Shown piece by piece: positions 1-9,512 of a stretch of DNA of 64,000 nucleotides. The position numbers and the translations under genes were made by a program. The notes beneath the pieces are model-generated. The model ran no database searches and was not told the origin of the DNA. It worked only from the letters and a program-made list of their open reading frames with translations. The stretch is taken from the IMG/VR virus record IMGVR_UViG_3300044980_000048, positions 2,709 through 66,708 of that record; one strand, 5' to 3'. This DNA comes from a virus. Numbering within the stretch: position 1 is the stretch's first letter; each line of letters starts with the position of its first letter.

Positions 1-2
1 GC

Positions 3-305
3 GGCAAGAATGCTATACAGGGAATGGCGTCAACATTCTCATACCTTAAGCGCTACCTGACAATCATGTTGCTGAATCTGGTTTTTGAAGGCAGTGACGA
101 TGACGGCAATCGCGGCGGCATGGTATTTATTGACGACAAGAGCATTAAAACCATTGATGATCTGCTTGAAGAAACCAAGGCCGACAAAGCCCGCTTCCTG
201 CAAATGATGGAAGTGGCCGAAGTAAGCAATATTCTCGCAAAAGATTACCCGATGGCAGTTAATGCCTTGATAGCTAAACGCAACAAAATAGGAGCAACAA
301 AATGA
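3..305 (+). CDS. ERF-family ssDNA annealing protein, 5'-truncated
   Basis: Frame is open from the window edge (GKNAIQGMASTFSYLKRY...DDDGN), matching the ERF SYxKRY...DxD motif; lies upstream of a YqaJ exonuclease. Confidence 0.8.
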   Translation, partial: GKNAIQGMASTFSYLKRYLTIMLLNLVFEGSDDDGNRGGMVFIDDKSIKTIDDLLEETKADKARFLQMMEVAEVSNILAKDYPMAVNALIAKRNKIGATK

Positions 306-1420
306 GCGAAAACGCACTTGCATTGATTGAGGGTAAAAACGCCGTTGAATATTTCAAGACTGGTGGACTCAATCCTATTATCGCCAAGATACGGGAAGAG
401 GCTATGGCCCGTGCAGTGGATATTTCCACCGATAAAGGCCGCAAGGATATTGCATCGCTGGCGCACAAGATAGCGAAGTCAAAGACCGCCATTGATAAAA
501 TCGGCAAGGATTTAGGCGCTGATATGAAAGCGCAACTTAAGCTTATTGATGCAGAGCGTGGGCGTGCATGGGATGAGCTAGAGGCTTTGCAGAAGGAAGT
601 TCGTCGCCCGCTGACTGAATGGGAAGAGAAAGACGAAATCCGCACTCAGAAGCATGAAGCCGATCTTGCCATGATAGACCAGCTTTCTGTGTTCGTGACG
701 GAGCCTACTTACGCAGATGTACGGAAGCGTATGGACGCATTGCAAGCCTTTCCTGATAATCACGATTGGGAGGAATTCGCACAGCGGGCGCAGAATATCA
801 AGGATAAGTCTTTTACTATCCTAAGAGACAAGCTTGCTTTCCTGAAGAAAGTGGAAGAGGAACAAGTTGAACTAGCGCGGCTCAGAGCGGAAGAACAAGC
901 CCGCAAGCAAAAAGAGCATGAGGAACGTATAGCCGCCGAAGCCGCAGCGAAGGCGCAAGCCGAAGCAGAGGCTAAGGCGAAGAAAGCAGCAGATGAGGAA
1001 GCCGCTCGCGTCAAGGCCGCAGTAGATAAAGCCGAGCAAGAGCGCCGTAATATTGAGTTAGAGAAACAGGCCGCAGAAGACCGGGCGCAAAAGGCTGAAA
1101 ATGCTGCCAAGGAAGCTGCTAAGAAGGCGGAAGAGGCGCGCATAGCAGCGGAAGCCAAGGCAAAGCGTGATGCTGAAATCGCCGTTGAAAACGAACGGAA
1201 ACGCGCCGAAGAGGTAAAACGCCAAGAGGCCGAAGCCGCAGCGAAGCGTGAAGCTGATAAGGCTCATAAAGCTAAAATCAATAATGAAGCAATGAGCGCC
1301 GTAATTCTTACCATGTCAGAAAAACATTCCGGCAATGAGACAGAGGCTAAGGCAATAGCTAAAGACATTATTACTGCCATAGCCAGCGGTAGCGTTCCTC
1401 ACGTTAAAATCAGTTACTAA
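302..1420 (+). CDS. Conserved phage coiled-coil protein (often mis-annotated TolA-like)
   Basis: 372 aa; N-terminal DISTDKGRKDIASLAHKIAKSKT, long A/E/K-rich helix; ATGA coupling. Confidence 0.7.
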   Translation: MSENALALIEGKNAVEYFKTGGLNPIIAKIREEAMARAVDISTDKGRKDIASLAHKIAKSKTAIDKIGKDLGADMKAQLKLIDAERGRAWDELEALQKEVRRPLTEWEEKDEIRTQKHEADLAMIDQLSVFVTEPTYADVRKRMDALQAFPDNHDWEEFAQRAQNIKDKSFTILRDKLAFLKKVEEEQVELARLRAEEQARKQKEHEERIAAEAAAKAQAEAEAKAKKAADEEAARVKAAVDKAEQERRNIELEKQAAEDRAQKAENAAKEAAKKAEEARIAAEAKAKRDAEIAVENERKRAEEVKRQEAEAAAKREADKAHKAKINNEAMSAVILTMSEKHSGNETEAKAIAKDIITAIASGSVPHVKISY

Positions 1421-1421
1421 T

Positions 1422-2150
1422 ATGAAAATATACGATTGTCAGCAAGGCGATCAACAGTGGACTGACTTAAGGTTATTCACACCTACCGCCAGCAATTTTC
1501 ATAAAATTCTGACCCCGAAGAAATGGGAGTTCTCAGCATCGGCAAAACCGTATGCCTTCAGGCTTGTGGCCCAGAAGCTTCTCAATCGCACGCTTGAATC
1601 CCTTGAAGGTTTAGAGCATGTCGAGAGAGGCAAAATGGATGAACCCAAAGCACGGAAGGCTTACGAGTTCAAAAATGATGTTTTGACGAAACAAGTGGGG
1701 TTTATAACCACGGATGACGGAAAGATAGGTTGTTCGCCGGATAGTCTTGTGGGAACCGTGGGATTGGCCGAAATAAAGTGCCCGGCACCTGAGATTATGG
1801 TTAAATACCATATGAACGGCGAAATCCTTGGTAATGACAGCGAGCCATATAGCAGCTTTGATGATGCCTATATCTGCCAAAAACAAGGACAGATGCTCAT
1901 AGCCGAACGCGAATGGAATGACTTGTATGCCTTCAGTTACGAATTCCCTGATTTACAGAAACGTTTTAACCGCAATGAGAAGTTCTTAAGCGCATTAGGA
2001 AAGGCACTCCGCGAGTTTAACGACATGAAGGATCACATGCTCTCCAAAATGGAAGCCTCTGGCTACTTCGCGGAGAAACGTGAATCAATTGGTATAGCCG
2101 AGGCGGCATATCAGGATAACCTTGAAGCAATGATTGGAGCAACGGCATGA
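1422..2150 (+). CDS. YqaJ/lambda-exonuclease family nuclease
   Basis: TAS, GCSPDSLV and AEIKCP motifs, QxQxQM. Confidence 0.9.
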   Translation: MKIYDCQQGDQQWTDLRLFTPTASNFHKILTPKKWEFSASAKPYAFRLVAQKLLNRTLESLEGLEHVERGKMDEPKARKAYEFKNDVLTKQVGFITTDDGKIGCSPDSLVGTVGLAEIKCPAPEIMVKYHMNGEILGNDSEPYSSFDDAYICQKQGQMLIAEREWNDLYAFSYEFPDLQKRFNRNEKFLSALGKALREFNDMKDHMLSKMEASGYFAEKRESIGIAEAAYQDNLEAMIGATA

Positions 2151-2797
2151 CCGAAGGAAAAACTATCTATTGCATATTCGATACGGAAACCACGGGCCTG
2201 ATCGACCGCAAGAAGAAACTGGATGATCCATCACAGGCGCGTATCGTGCAACTCGCTGCCCTTTTGTGCGATGAACAAGGCAATGACCTTGAAGAATTAA
2301 ACCTTATCGCAAAGCCTGATGGCTGGACGGTTCCTGAGTTTGTCGCCAGCATTCACGGTCTGACTACCGAGATATGCGAAGCCAAGGGTGTGCCGATGCC
2401 TGAGATTCTGGCGAAGTTTAACGCCATGAAAGCCAAATGCACTGACAGGGTTGCGTACAATATCTCGTTCGATAAGACGATGCTGATGCGCGAGGAACTT
2501 GCCTACGGCATAACGCATGACTCAGAGAATAAAACCTCTCTATGCGTCATGGAGATGGCAAAGCCTATTTGCAAGATGCCAGCAACGTCAAAAATGAAGG
2601 ATTGGGATATAAACACCTTCAAGCCTCCGAAACTCAAGGAAGCATATAAATACTTCTTTGGCGAAGAGTTTGAACGCGCCCATGACGCCATGAACGATGT
2701 ACGCGCCTGCAAGAAGATATTTTTCCATATCGGAGAAATGCAGGGATGGATTAAATCAAAGAAACCCGAACCGTTAGGAGAAGCCTCCAATGGATAA
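2147..2797 (+). CDS. DEDDh 3'-5' exonuclease (DnaQ-like)
   Basis: FDTETTG, AYNISFD, AHDAMND motifs. Confidence 0.9.
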   Translation: MTEGKTIYCIFDTETTGLIDRKKKLDDPSQARIVQLAALLCDEQGNDLEELNLIAKPDGWTVPEFVASIHGLTTEICEAKGVPMPEILAKFNAMKAKCTDRVAYNISFDKTMLMREELAYGITHDSENKTSLCVMEMAKPICKMPATSKMKDWDINTFKPPKLKEAYKYFFGEEFERAHDAMNDVRACKKIFFHIGEMQGWIKSKKPEPLGEASNG

Positions 2798-3026
2798 ACG
2801 CCTAATTTCTTCAATCACTAAGAGCATTGAAAAGCTTGATAAGAAGATTTCTGCTAATGATGCTGAGAACTTCGATCTGAAAAACAAGCGCGAGAAATTT
2901 CAGGAGATGTTGGAAATGCTTTCTCCCGCTTCCGATCCCCTCCCGCAGGAGTCTGACATAGCTCCTGTAACCTTACCGGAGCCGTCTAATGAGGCGGTTC
3001 CGGCCTTTCTCAAGCACAAGGAATAA
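2790..3026 (+). CDS. Hypothetical protein
   Basis: Overlaps upstream stop; ends ...VPAFLKHKE. Confidence 0.6.
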   Translation: MDKRLISSITKSIEKLDKKISANDAENFDLKNKREKFQEMLEMLSPASDPLPQESDIAPVTLPEPSNEAVPAFLKHKE

Positions 3027-3032
3027 CCGCAA

Positions 3033-3090
3033 GGGTGCGCCGGTCATGGCTACGTGGTGTAGTCATGGCATAGTGAAAGACGGCGCACCC
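3033..3090 (+). ncRNA. Candidate structured RNA/leader
   Basis: Perfect 10-bp outer stem GGGTGCGCCG/CGGCGCACCC enclosing an 11-bp inner stem with G-U pairs. Confidence 0.45.
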
Positions 3091-3127
3091 GACTACACAA
3101 CTAGCAGTTCTGAAACCAAGGAGATTT

Positions 3128-3466
3128 ATGAAAAAGCCAAAAAACAATAAACAGACTTTACCGCCGCTTATTGAATGGGCGGTTATCGTGCAGGTTAGCC
3201 CTAAATATTCTTATGGGTCAATCACAACTCATGCATTTCCGTTTCTTACTCATGCAGATGCCTTGGCAGCTTATCGGCTTTTGCAGGGATGCCTAGAAGA
3301 AACCGATAATCAAATGGGCGAGAAAAAGACCGTGGCTATTGGGATAGAACACGCAGCGGGAAGAACTTCGCTAAAGAAGCATGAGATTTTTAGCGTCAAT
3401 CTTTCGGATCAGTATTTCAATATAGACCAGCTTAAAGCCCTTAAGAAGCGTAGCGCAACCAAGTAG
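3128..3466 (+). CDS. Hypothetical protein
   Basis: Strong AAGGAG RBS, 112 aa. Confidence 0.7.
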   Translation: MKKPKNNKQTLPPLIEWAVIVQVSPKYSYGSITTHAFPFLTHADALAAYRLLQGCLEETDNQMGEKKTVAIGIEHAAGRTSLKKHEIFSVNLSDQYFNIDQLKALKKRSATK

Positions 3467-3481
3467 CTGTAGGGTCAGAAT

Positions 3482-3700
3482 ATGCCGAAACGATTTAAAG
3501 TTTTTAGAAATATAGACATCCCACTTAAACATTCTAACTGGAATAAAAACTCTAGGATTGCCGTTCTCAGGAGAATGAAAAAAGGCGAGAGTGTATTTAT
3601 TACTACGGTCGGCGGTTTATACGGAGAAGCGCGGGCCGAAGGTATAGAAATATGCTCTAGGAAAATTGGTAAGAAAATAATGGTATGGCGGTTAAATTAG
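3482..3700 (+). CDS. Small basic, probably DNA-binding phage protein
   Basis: MKKGESVFI...IMVWRLN pattern typical of small phage DNA-binding proteins. Confidence 0.55.
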   Translation: MPKRFKVFRNIDIPLKHSNWNKNSRIAVLRRMKKGESVFITTVGGLYGEARAEGIEICSRKIGKKIMVWRLN

Positions 3701-4182
3701 CTTCTTACAGGTGTAATAAGTGTTCACATAAATGGGAGTTGCCAGTGATTATGAAAGACGCAAGAGGAAAACTTTACAATCCGGCTGATTGTTGCCCGCA
3801 ATGTGGAAACATCTATTTCACTTGGACGAACTTCAACGAAGCCGAGAATTGAGGAACAATCGACCACCATAGTCTTAACCCCTCACGGAGTATAAGACCA
3901 TGCTAAGGATAACAACGATCATGATTTTACTTTGCACAAACGCCTACGCCGATGGAGATAACGGAGCGATTGCGGCAGCGCAGCAGGCAGCATCGGCTAT
4001 GCATGATGCGGTAGCGGGGGATGATGACGACTGAGGAAAAGATACTGGCATATCTAAAGGCTGATGCAAAGAAACGCGGAATGCCTAACAAGATATTTCA
4101 GGTGGTTTGGGAACGGCAGGCTAGGGAGCTTGCCACCCTACTGGATAATGGTATGGTTTAACAATTAACGGTAGGGCAGACA

Positions 4183-4401
4183 ATGAAACTTTACAGTGTA
4201 AGAATTCCAATCGCCGGGCATGCGCTAATTGATGTTCATGCCGAGAATGGGGAAGATGCAATTAAGAAGGCTTTTGCATCAGAAATCACCAACGAGAATA
4301 TCGAATCGTGGGACACTCTGAAGCAATTTACTAAAGGCAATGTTTGTTTCTGCCCGCAGCCTTGGCAGGCAGAGGCGACACTCGAAGATGACGAAGATTA
4401 A
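4183..4401 (+). CDS. Hypothetical protein
   Basis: 72 aa, purine-rich RBS. Confidence 0.6.
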   Translation: MKLYSVRIPIAGHALIDVHAENGEDAIKKAFASEITNENIESWDTLKQFTKGNVCFCPQPWQAEATLEDDED

Positions 4402-4518
4402 CCAGCTAACACTTCAGGAGGGTAAAATGGGACTGAGTATTTTGATAATGTGGAAGACGCTAGATTTCGTGTTCCGCAAAGATTTCCCCCGTCACCGCTA
4501 GTAAATGTAGGGAAACCG

Positions 4519-4788
4519 ATGATCTGGAAAATGATGCATAAACTTTTTGGGTGGGAATATGTGCTCCTTGTTTTATGCGATGGGGATAGAGTCTTGCGTC
4601 GGGCTTATCAGCTTGGAGGTCACTGGTGGGCAAATCCGTACCTTTCAGAAACACGTACTATACTCAATGCCGATGGATCAACAACTGGCCAATGCTACGT
4701 GAATTGTTGGATGCCAATCACTAAAATTATGCAGGAATATTTTAAACCCAACCAGCCGAGGGATTTGGGTAATGAAGATAACAATTGA
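4519..4788 (+). CDS. Hypothetical protein
   Basis: ATG at 4519 after AGGGA, in frame with track ORF 4450..4788. Confidence 0.55.
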   Translation: MIWKMMHKLFGWEYVLLVLCDGDRVLRRAYQLGGHWWANPYLSETRTILNADGSTTGQCYVNCWMPITKIMQEYFKPNQPRDLGNEDNN

Positions 4789-4975
4789 AGGCCACGAAAC
4801 CGAGGTAATAAACAAACTCGCTGATAAGATTGGTTGGATACTCAATGGAGCAGGAGATGATGAGCCGAATTTTTCCGTTAAATACAGCAACGGCTCAGTG
4901 CGTCCGAATGCTTACAATAAGGGACAGGCGTTAATTGTTGTAAAACATACAAAGGGTTCTGACCATGCAGATTAA
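4772..4975 (+). CDS. Hypothetical protein
   Basis: Part of an overlapping chain of early ORFs. Confidence 0.55.
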   Translation: MKITIEGHETEVINKLADKIGWILNGAGDDEPNFSVKYSNGSVRPNAYNKGQALIVVKHTKGSDHAD

Positions 4976-5177
4976 AGACTTTCTTCCTTGGATAAGATTC
5001 CGCGAGGGCGGCGATATGCCCTACCCGGATTACTGGTTTATCCGCATTCCTCTTTTCGTAGGGCAAATAAATATCAAGCCCAAGCGTGGGAGGCTTTTCT
5101 CTGAGCGTAATGGCTATAGGCTTGGGTTCTGCTTTGCAGGTTTATATGTGTGTTGGAGGTACTGGTATCATGACTGA
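4965..5177 (+). CDS. Hypothetical protein
   Basis: Part of an overlapping chain of early ORFs. Confidence 0.5.
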   Translation: MQIKDFLPWIRFREGGDMPYPDYWFIRIPLFVGQINIKPKRGRLFSERNGYRLGFCFAGLYVCWRYWYHD

Positions 5178-5367
5178 GAGCAACGATTCGCTGAATGCGT
5201 TACCGCACGAAGAAAAATACCCCTTCCTTGGAGGTATCTACTTTCCCATTCTTCAGCAAGACGGCAGCCGCCAGATGATAAAAATCAGCAACGGCGATCT
5301 GCCAAGCGATGTGCATTTCCTAGCCTACCTCCGCCAACACGATAGACAGATAGGGCCAAACTCATGA
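5170..5367 (+). CDS. Hypothetical protein
   Basis: Internal ATG (MTESND) after GGAGG; ATGA-coupled to next gene. Confidence 0.5.
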   Translation: MTESNDSLNALPHEEKYPFLGGIYFPILQQDGSRQMIKISNGDLPSDVHFLAYLRQHDRQIGPNS

Positions 5368-5897
5368 CGGACTCCAAAGATACATTGATTGAGAGCGTAG
5401 CTAAGATTATCTCCCCGCATAGCTGGAAAGAATTAGGTAAACATGAATGGCACGCGCCGACTATAGAAAACCACAAATGGGCAAAACAGAAGTCCATTCA
5501 AGATGCCAGAGAGATACTCGCTCTTGTCGCCACTAGTGAGATGCTTGGTGACAAAGAATTAAAACAGATCGAAACTCAAATCACTCATGAGCGCATGTGC
5601 ATCAATGGCCGCTGGTGGATTCCTGTGGATGGTGAGATAGCAAACCCGAAGCGGGAAATCTGTCGGGTTACGGAGCGAGAAATATCGGAGGCTGTTTTGC
5701 GCGGTAACATCAAATATTGGGCTGATGCAAAAGCGCAAGACCATGCTTACCAAAAATGGAAGGCCGCGAATTTTGAAGGAAAGGAGCCGCAAATATCTCA
5801 AGGCTCTTTGCCTGATTACATTACGCGAGAGGTTAATGTCGTTGTATTTAATCCAACAGAAATAGAAGTACAGGAGGGTGAAAATGGTGGCGTTTAA
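5364..5897 (+). CDS. Hypothetical protein
   Basis: 177 aa, coupled on both sides. Confidence 0.65.
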   Translation: MTDSKDTLIESVAKIISPHSWKELGKHEWHAPTIENHKWAKQKSIQDAREILALVATSEMLGDKELKQIETQITHERMCINGRWWIPVDGEIANPKREICRVTEREISEAVLRGNIKYWADAKAQDHAYQKWKAANFEGKEPQISQGSLPDYITREVNVVVFNPTEIEVQEGENGGV

Positions 5898-6270
5898 CTT
5901 TCAGAAGAAATTTGCCGATGCAGTCGAGAGTGGCGCGAAGCTACAGACCATACGCCAGAAACGCCGCTGCAAGGCTGGTGATGCAGTGCAACTCTACACT
6001 TGCCAGCGAACGAAGAACAGCCGCAAGCTACGTGATGCGGTCTGCGTGGCCGTTGATTCTGTTACCCTCACAAAAGATGGGCCATTCTTCGGACAGCCGG
6101 GGTGGTGGCCGAAAGACAAAAACGTATTTGCGGAGCGCGATGGTTTTAAGAGCTATCAGGAAATGTGGGATTGGTTCTTCGTCACCTATCAAAACGAGGA
6201 AATCTTTAACGGCTATGTTTATCTATTCAGCGCAAAGTCACCGGATTCTAAAGTTCAGGAGGGCAAGTGA
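5878..6270 (+). CDS. ASCH-domain protein
   Basis: NFQKKFADAVESGAKLQTIR...GDAVQLY...FAERDGF. Confidence 0.8.
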   Translation: MKMVAFNFQKKFADAVESGAKLQTIRQKRRCKAGDAVQLYTCQRTKNSRKLRDAVCVAVDSVTLTKDGPFFGQPGWWPKDKNVFAERDGFKSYQEMWDWFFVTYQNEEIFNGYVYLFSAKSPDSKVQEGK

Positions 6271-6509
6271 AGCGCATCCCGATAAAAGCAGCCAAAGCCA
6301 TTGCCGAAGAGTATGGCTACGATCAGGTGATGATATATGCCCGCAAGGTCGGTGAGCCTCCTGCCGAGCATGGCGAACACATGACAACCTATGGCGTCAC
6401 GAAAGAGCATTGTAGTGCTATGGCGCGAATTGCCTCTTATCTGCAAAACAAGATCATGGGGTGGAACACAACTAGCTCAACCGTCGCGGTAACGGAGAAG
6501 AAAGAATGA
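6267..6509 (+). CDS. Conserved phage hypothetical protein
   Basis: IPIKAAKAIAEEYGYDQV...HMTTYG; GTGA coupling. Confidence 0.65.
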   Translation: MKRIPIKAAKAIAEEYGYDQVMIYARKVGEPPAEHGEHMTTYGVTKEHCSAMARIASYLQNKIMGWNTTSSTVAVTEKKE

Positions 6510-6865
6510 TAGTTTGTATTTGCGGATCGCGTGGCTTTACTGACTATGAGCAAATATGTGCCGTCTTAGCTACCACGCATATCGACAAAGTAATAAGCGG
6601 CGGCGCTCACGGTGCCGATAGCCTTGGAGAACGGTATGCAGAGGAACATGGTGCAGCATTAGAGATTATCAGGCCGCAGTGGAATAAGCATGGAAAAGCC
6701 GCAGGTATGATACGCAATCGGCAGATGGCGGATATGGCCGACCATGTCTTTGCCTTCTGGGATGGAAAAAGCCCCGGCACGAAGGGCATGATTGATTACT
6801 GCAAAAGTAAGAACAGACCAATTGAAGTCCACCTGTACGAGTATTCGGATAACGAGAAGAAATGA
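6506..6865 (+). CDS. SLOG/YspA (DUF2493-like) protein
   Basis: CGSRGF, ISGGAHGAD, AGMIRNRQM, FWDGKSPGT. Confidence 0.85.
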   Translation: MIVCICGSRGFTDYEQICAVLATTHIDKVISGGAHGADSLGERYAEEHGAALEIIRPQWNKHGKAAGMIRNRQMADMADHVFAFWDGKSPGTKGMIDYCKSKNRPIEVHLYEYSDNEKK

Positions 6866-7554
6866 GGGCTTTAGATTTATTCTGCGGCGCGGGTGGGGCA
6901 AGCATGGGGCTGCATCTAGCAGGGTTTGAAGTAGTTGGCGTGGATATTAAGCCTCAAAAGAATTACCCCTTTACATTTGTGCAAGCGGACGCGATGAAAC
7001 TGCCACTTCGCTTGTCGGACTTCGATTATATCTGGGCTTCTCCACCATGTCAGGAATACAGTGTCACAAAGAAACTGAGGAAAGCCATTAGTAAGAACGA
7101 ATATCCCGAAATGATAGAACCTGTACGCACCATGCTGAAAAGCAGTGGAAAACACTATACCATAGAGAACGTGCGCGGAGCGCCCTTGCATAACGCTATA
7201 ATGCTTTGCGGAACTATGTTCGGGCTGCGGGTACTGCGTCACCGCCTTTTCGAGAGCAGCTTTTTGGTGCTTGCGCCAGGCCATCCTCCACATAGAGGCG
7301 GTACTAATTCCTCTAGGGGGTATTCCACGTATGCAAACGGGGCAAAATACATTTGTGTCGCTGGGCAGAACTATATCCGCACAGAAGGCGCAGCAGCTAT
7401 GGGCATAGATTGGATGACAAACCGGAATGAATTAAGTGAGAGCATACCTCCAGCTTATTCTAAGTTTATCGCAGAAGCTTGTATTAATCAGCTAAAGCCT
7501 TCTTCAGATGCACCTCGTCATCCGAAATATGAGAATATATCTTTGCCAGCATAG
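6862..7554 (+). CDS. DNA cytosine-5 methyltransferase
   Basis: DLFCGAGG (motif I), SPPCQ (IV), IENV (VI), RHRLFE (VIII), IPPAY (X). Confidence 0.9.
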   Translation: MRALDLFCGAGGASMGLHLAGFEVVGVDIKPQKNYPFTFVQADAMKLPLRLSDFDYIWASPPCQEYSVTKKLRKAISKNEYPEMIEPVRTMLKSSGKHYTIENVRGAPLHNAIMLCGTMFGLRVLRHRLFESSFLVLAPGHPPHRGGTNSSRGYSTYANGAKYICVAGQNYIRTEGAAAMGIDWMTNRNELSESIPPAYSKFIAEACINQLKPSSDAPRHPKYENISLPA

Positions 7555-8335
7555 AGCCGTCAGTATGGCCCATGATGGCGGCGACGGTGAGGTGGTCATG
7601 CCCCTGAATCAATTTGCGCGTCCCAAACCCATGACGGGCGGCATAGGCAAACATGCGCTTGCCAGTCTTGCGCGAGATACGGATAAAGCGATTGCACACG
7701 CTGTATTTTGTCCAAGCATCGCCGCGCTTATTACGGAACAGTGCGCCTTCTGGGTTAGCAGCCAGCAGTCTCGTGATGATTTCGAGGGCTGCACCTTGCA
7801 GGTAGATAATGCGCTTCTGTCTCTTGCCCTTGCTCTCTTCAGCAGGAAATACAATGCGCTCCCGTTCAAGCTCCACATGTCGCGGTTCGATGGCTCTCGC
7901 TTCCTGCGGGCGGCAACCGGATGTCCAGATGAACACCACGAAGTCGTGGAACGGATCGCTTTGTGGAACATGCGAAAGCACTTCCTGATAGTCCTCTGGC
8001 TTCATGTATATCTCGCGGCGCTTTGCTGGCGGTTTCTTCATGCGGGCAAGCGGGGTGCTTTCAATATGGCCCTGCTCAATGCCCCAATTCCATACGCGCT
8101 GCACGGCTACGATAGCGCCTCGCGCATAGGTGCTGCCCCAAGTCGTTTTGCTATCAACCCACTCCGTAACGTGGAAAGGCTTGATAGCCGTAGCGTCCAA
8201 ATCGGCAATGCCGGGGTGCTTGATGAAATCTTTGAGATAACCATTGTACCATTCGCACGAACGCGGCGCACGATGCTTCCCGCACCAAGCGGAGTATTTG
8301 GTAACGAGTGCGTTTACTGAAAGTGTGTTTTCCAT
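7484..8335 (-). CDS. Tyrosine recombinase (core-binding and catalytic domains only)
   Basis: GCRPQE, SKGK, YAARH, MGH, KIYSH catalytic set; about 283 aa from the ATG at 8335. Confidence 0.9.
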   Translation of the reverse strand: MENTLSVNALVTKYSAWCGKHRAPRSCEWYNGYLKDFIKHPGIADLDATAIKPFHVTEWVDSKTTWGSTYARGAIVAVQRVWNWGIEQGHIESTPLARMKKPPAKRREIYMKPEDYQEVLSHVPQSDPFHDFVVFIWTSGCRPQEARAIEPRHVELERERIVFPAEESKGKRQKRIIYLQGAALEIITRLLAANPEGALFRNKRGDAWTKYSVCNRFIRISRKTGKRMFAYAARHGFGTRKLIQGHDHLTVAAIMGHTDGSMLAKIYSHISDDEVHLKKALAD

Positions 8336-8410
8336 GAAGTTTAGTGTAGACAAACCGGCAACGAAATGCTAGACCTGTGTCCTAGATAGGCAACGTAATA
8401 ATGACAAGTC

Positions 8411-8623
8411 ATGGATAAACGAACGAAAACTAAGATGCAAAATGCTCTGAAAAAGCAGATTAAGGCACATAGGAGCATGTCGAAGTGGGCAAAAAAGAAT
8501 GGTTTTCACAAGTCGTACATATCGAGAGTGCTTAGAAACGAGCGTGAGATAGAAGAGAGATTATGGGAAGCGCTTGGATTTGAGCAGTTCTGGAGATGGA
8601 AACCGATAAAGCAACCGAAGTAA
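8411..8623 (+). CDS. HTH DNA-binding protein
   Basis: SMSKWAKKNGFHKSYISRVLRNE is XRE/Cro-like; divergent from the recombinase. Confidence 0.65.
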   Translation: MDKRTKTKMQNALKKQIKAHRSMSKWAKKNGFHKSYISRVLRNEREIEERLWEALGFEQFWRWKPIKQPK

Positions 8624-8627
8624 CTAT

Positions 8628-8858
8628 ATGGCTAACTGGCAGGCAATAGCGACGGCTCCGAAAGATGGCACTAGGATTAAGGCCAAGCGTGGCTATGTGC
8701 CGCCGCATAATCGCTCGAACGGGAAGATGCGCTATGAAACGCATATTACATGGTGGGGCAAGACTTCCCATGTTCCGATGTACGGCTGGTGCTACGGGCG
8801 CGATGTCGAAAATATCAATTTGTGGCAGCCTGAAAGCTGGCAACATTTAACCGAGTAA
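8628..8858 (+). CDS. DUF551-like phage protein
   Basis: WQAIATAPKDGT...PESWQHL. Confidence 0.7.
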   Translation: MANWQAIATAPKDGTRIKAKRGYVPPHNRSNGKMRYETHITWWGKTSHVPMYGWCYGRDVENINLWQPESWQHLTE

Positions 8859-9062
8859 TGAGTGGTATATGACTAAAGGCCCGCTAAGAAAAATAGTAAG
8901 AGTTGTCCATCACGCGGATAGTATTTACGGAAAGCAGCGTGTGGAGCTTGAGTGTGGGCATGAGGTTAGTGTTTCTAGTGGCGCGATCTATAAAGGAAGA
9001 TGCCGCTGGTGCAAGAAAGAAACAGAACAAAAAGCGTAACCAATTACTTATAGGGTGAGAAT

Positions 9063-9242
9063 ATGGGGATGGATATAACACTACATTGCGCGATGTGCGG
9101 AGCTACCCATGAATTTGATGTTCCTTGCGATGAGGGTGATCCGGGTAAGAAATTGCGCGATATTATTGAAGAACAGGGATGGTTTTGCCAGCTTAACTAT
9201 CCGAACTTTGATATTTATTGCAGTAAGAAGTGTGCAGCTTAA
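9063..9242 (+). CDS. Small Cys-rich protein (below track cutoff)
   Basis: 59 aa, CAMC...YCSKKC. Confidence 0.5.
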   Translation: MGMDITLHCAMCGATHEFDVPCDEGDPGKKLRDIIEEQGWFCQLNYPNFDIYCSKKCAA

Positions 9243-9271
9243 CAACAGAACGTTCACTTCTGAAAGGTCTT

Positions 9272-9490
9272 ATGAGCAAAAGCGGAAATTATAATCTTGG
9301 GGAGATTGAGAAGCGCGATCATCTTATTCAAACGCTTGTCGAGGCTTGCGAAGCCGCTATTGAGCTTATTCAGGCTGATTACCCGGAACCAGACCAAAGC
9401 AGCGGAGAGCTTATAGACAGAGGAAAGCCGCGCAAGGTCTTTAAAATGCTTTGCGATGCTGTTGGTGATGCACAATCGCCATTAGATTAA
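9272..9490 (+). CDS. Hypothetical protein
   Basis: ATG after GAAAGG; LVEACEAA motif. Confidence 0.55.
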   Translation: MSKSGNYNLGEIEKRDHLIQTLVEACEAAIELIQADYPEPDQSSGELIDRGKPRKVFKMLCDAVGDAQSPLD

Positions 9491-9512
9491 CGAACTGTTC
9501 CTTGGGGTGTGT

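Noticed and set aside
5878-7554. ASCH + SLOG + methylase as a new modification or defence system
   Set aside because: Each is a common stand-alone phage early gene and nothing in the sequence links them functionally.
7508-8320. 270-aa + strand ORF
   Set aside because: Antisense shadow of the tyrosine recombinase, with no recognisable motifs.
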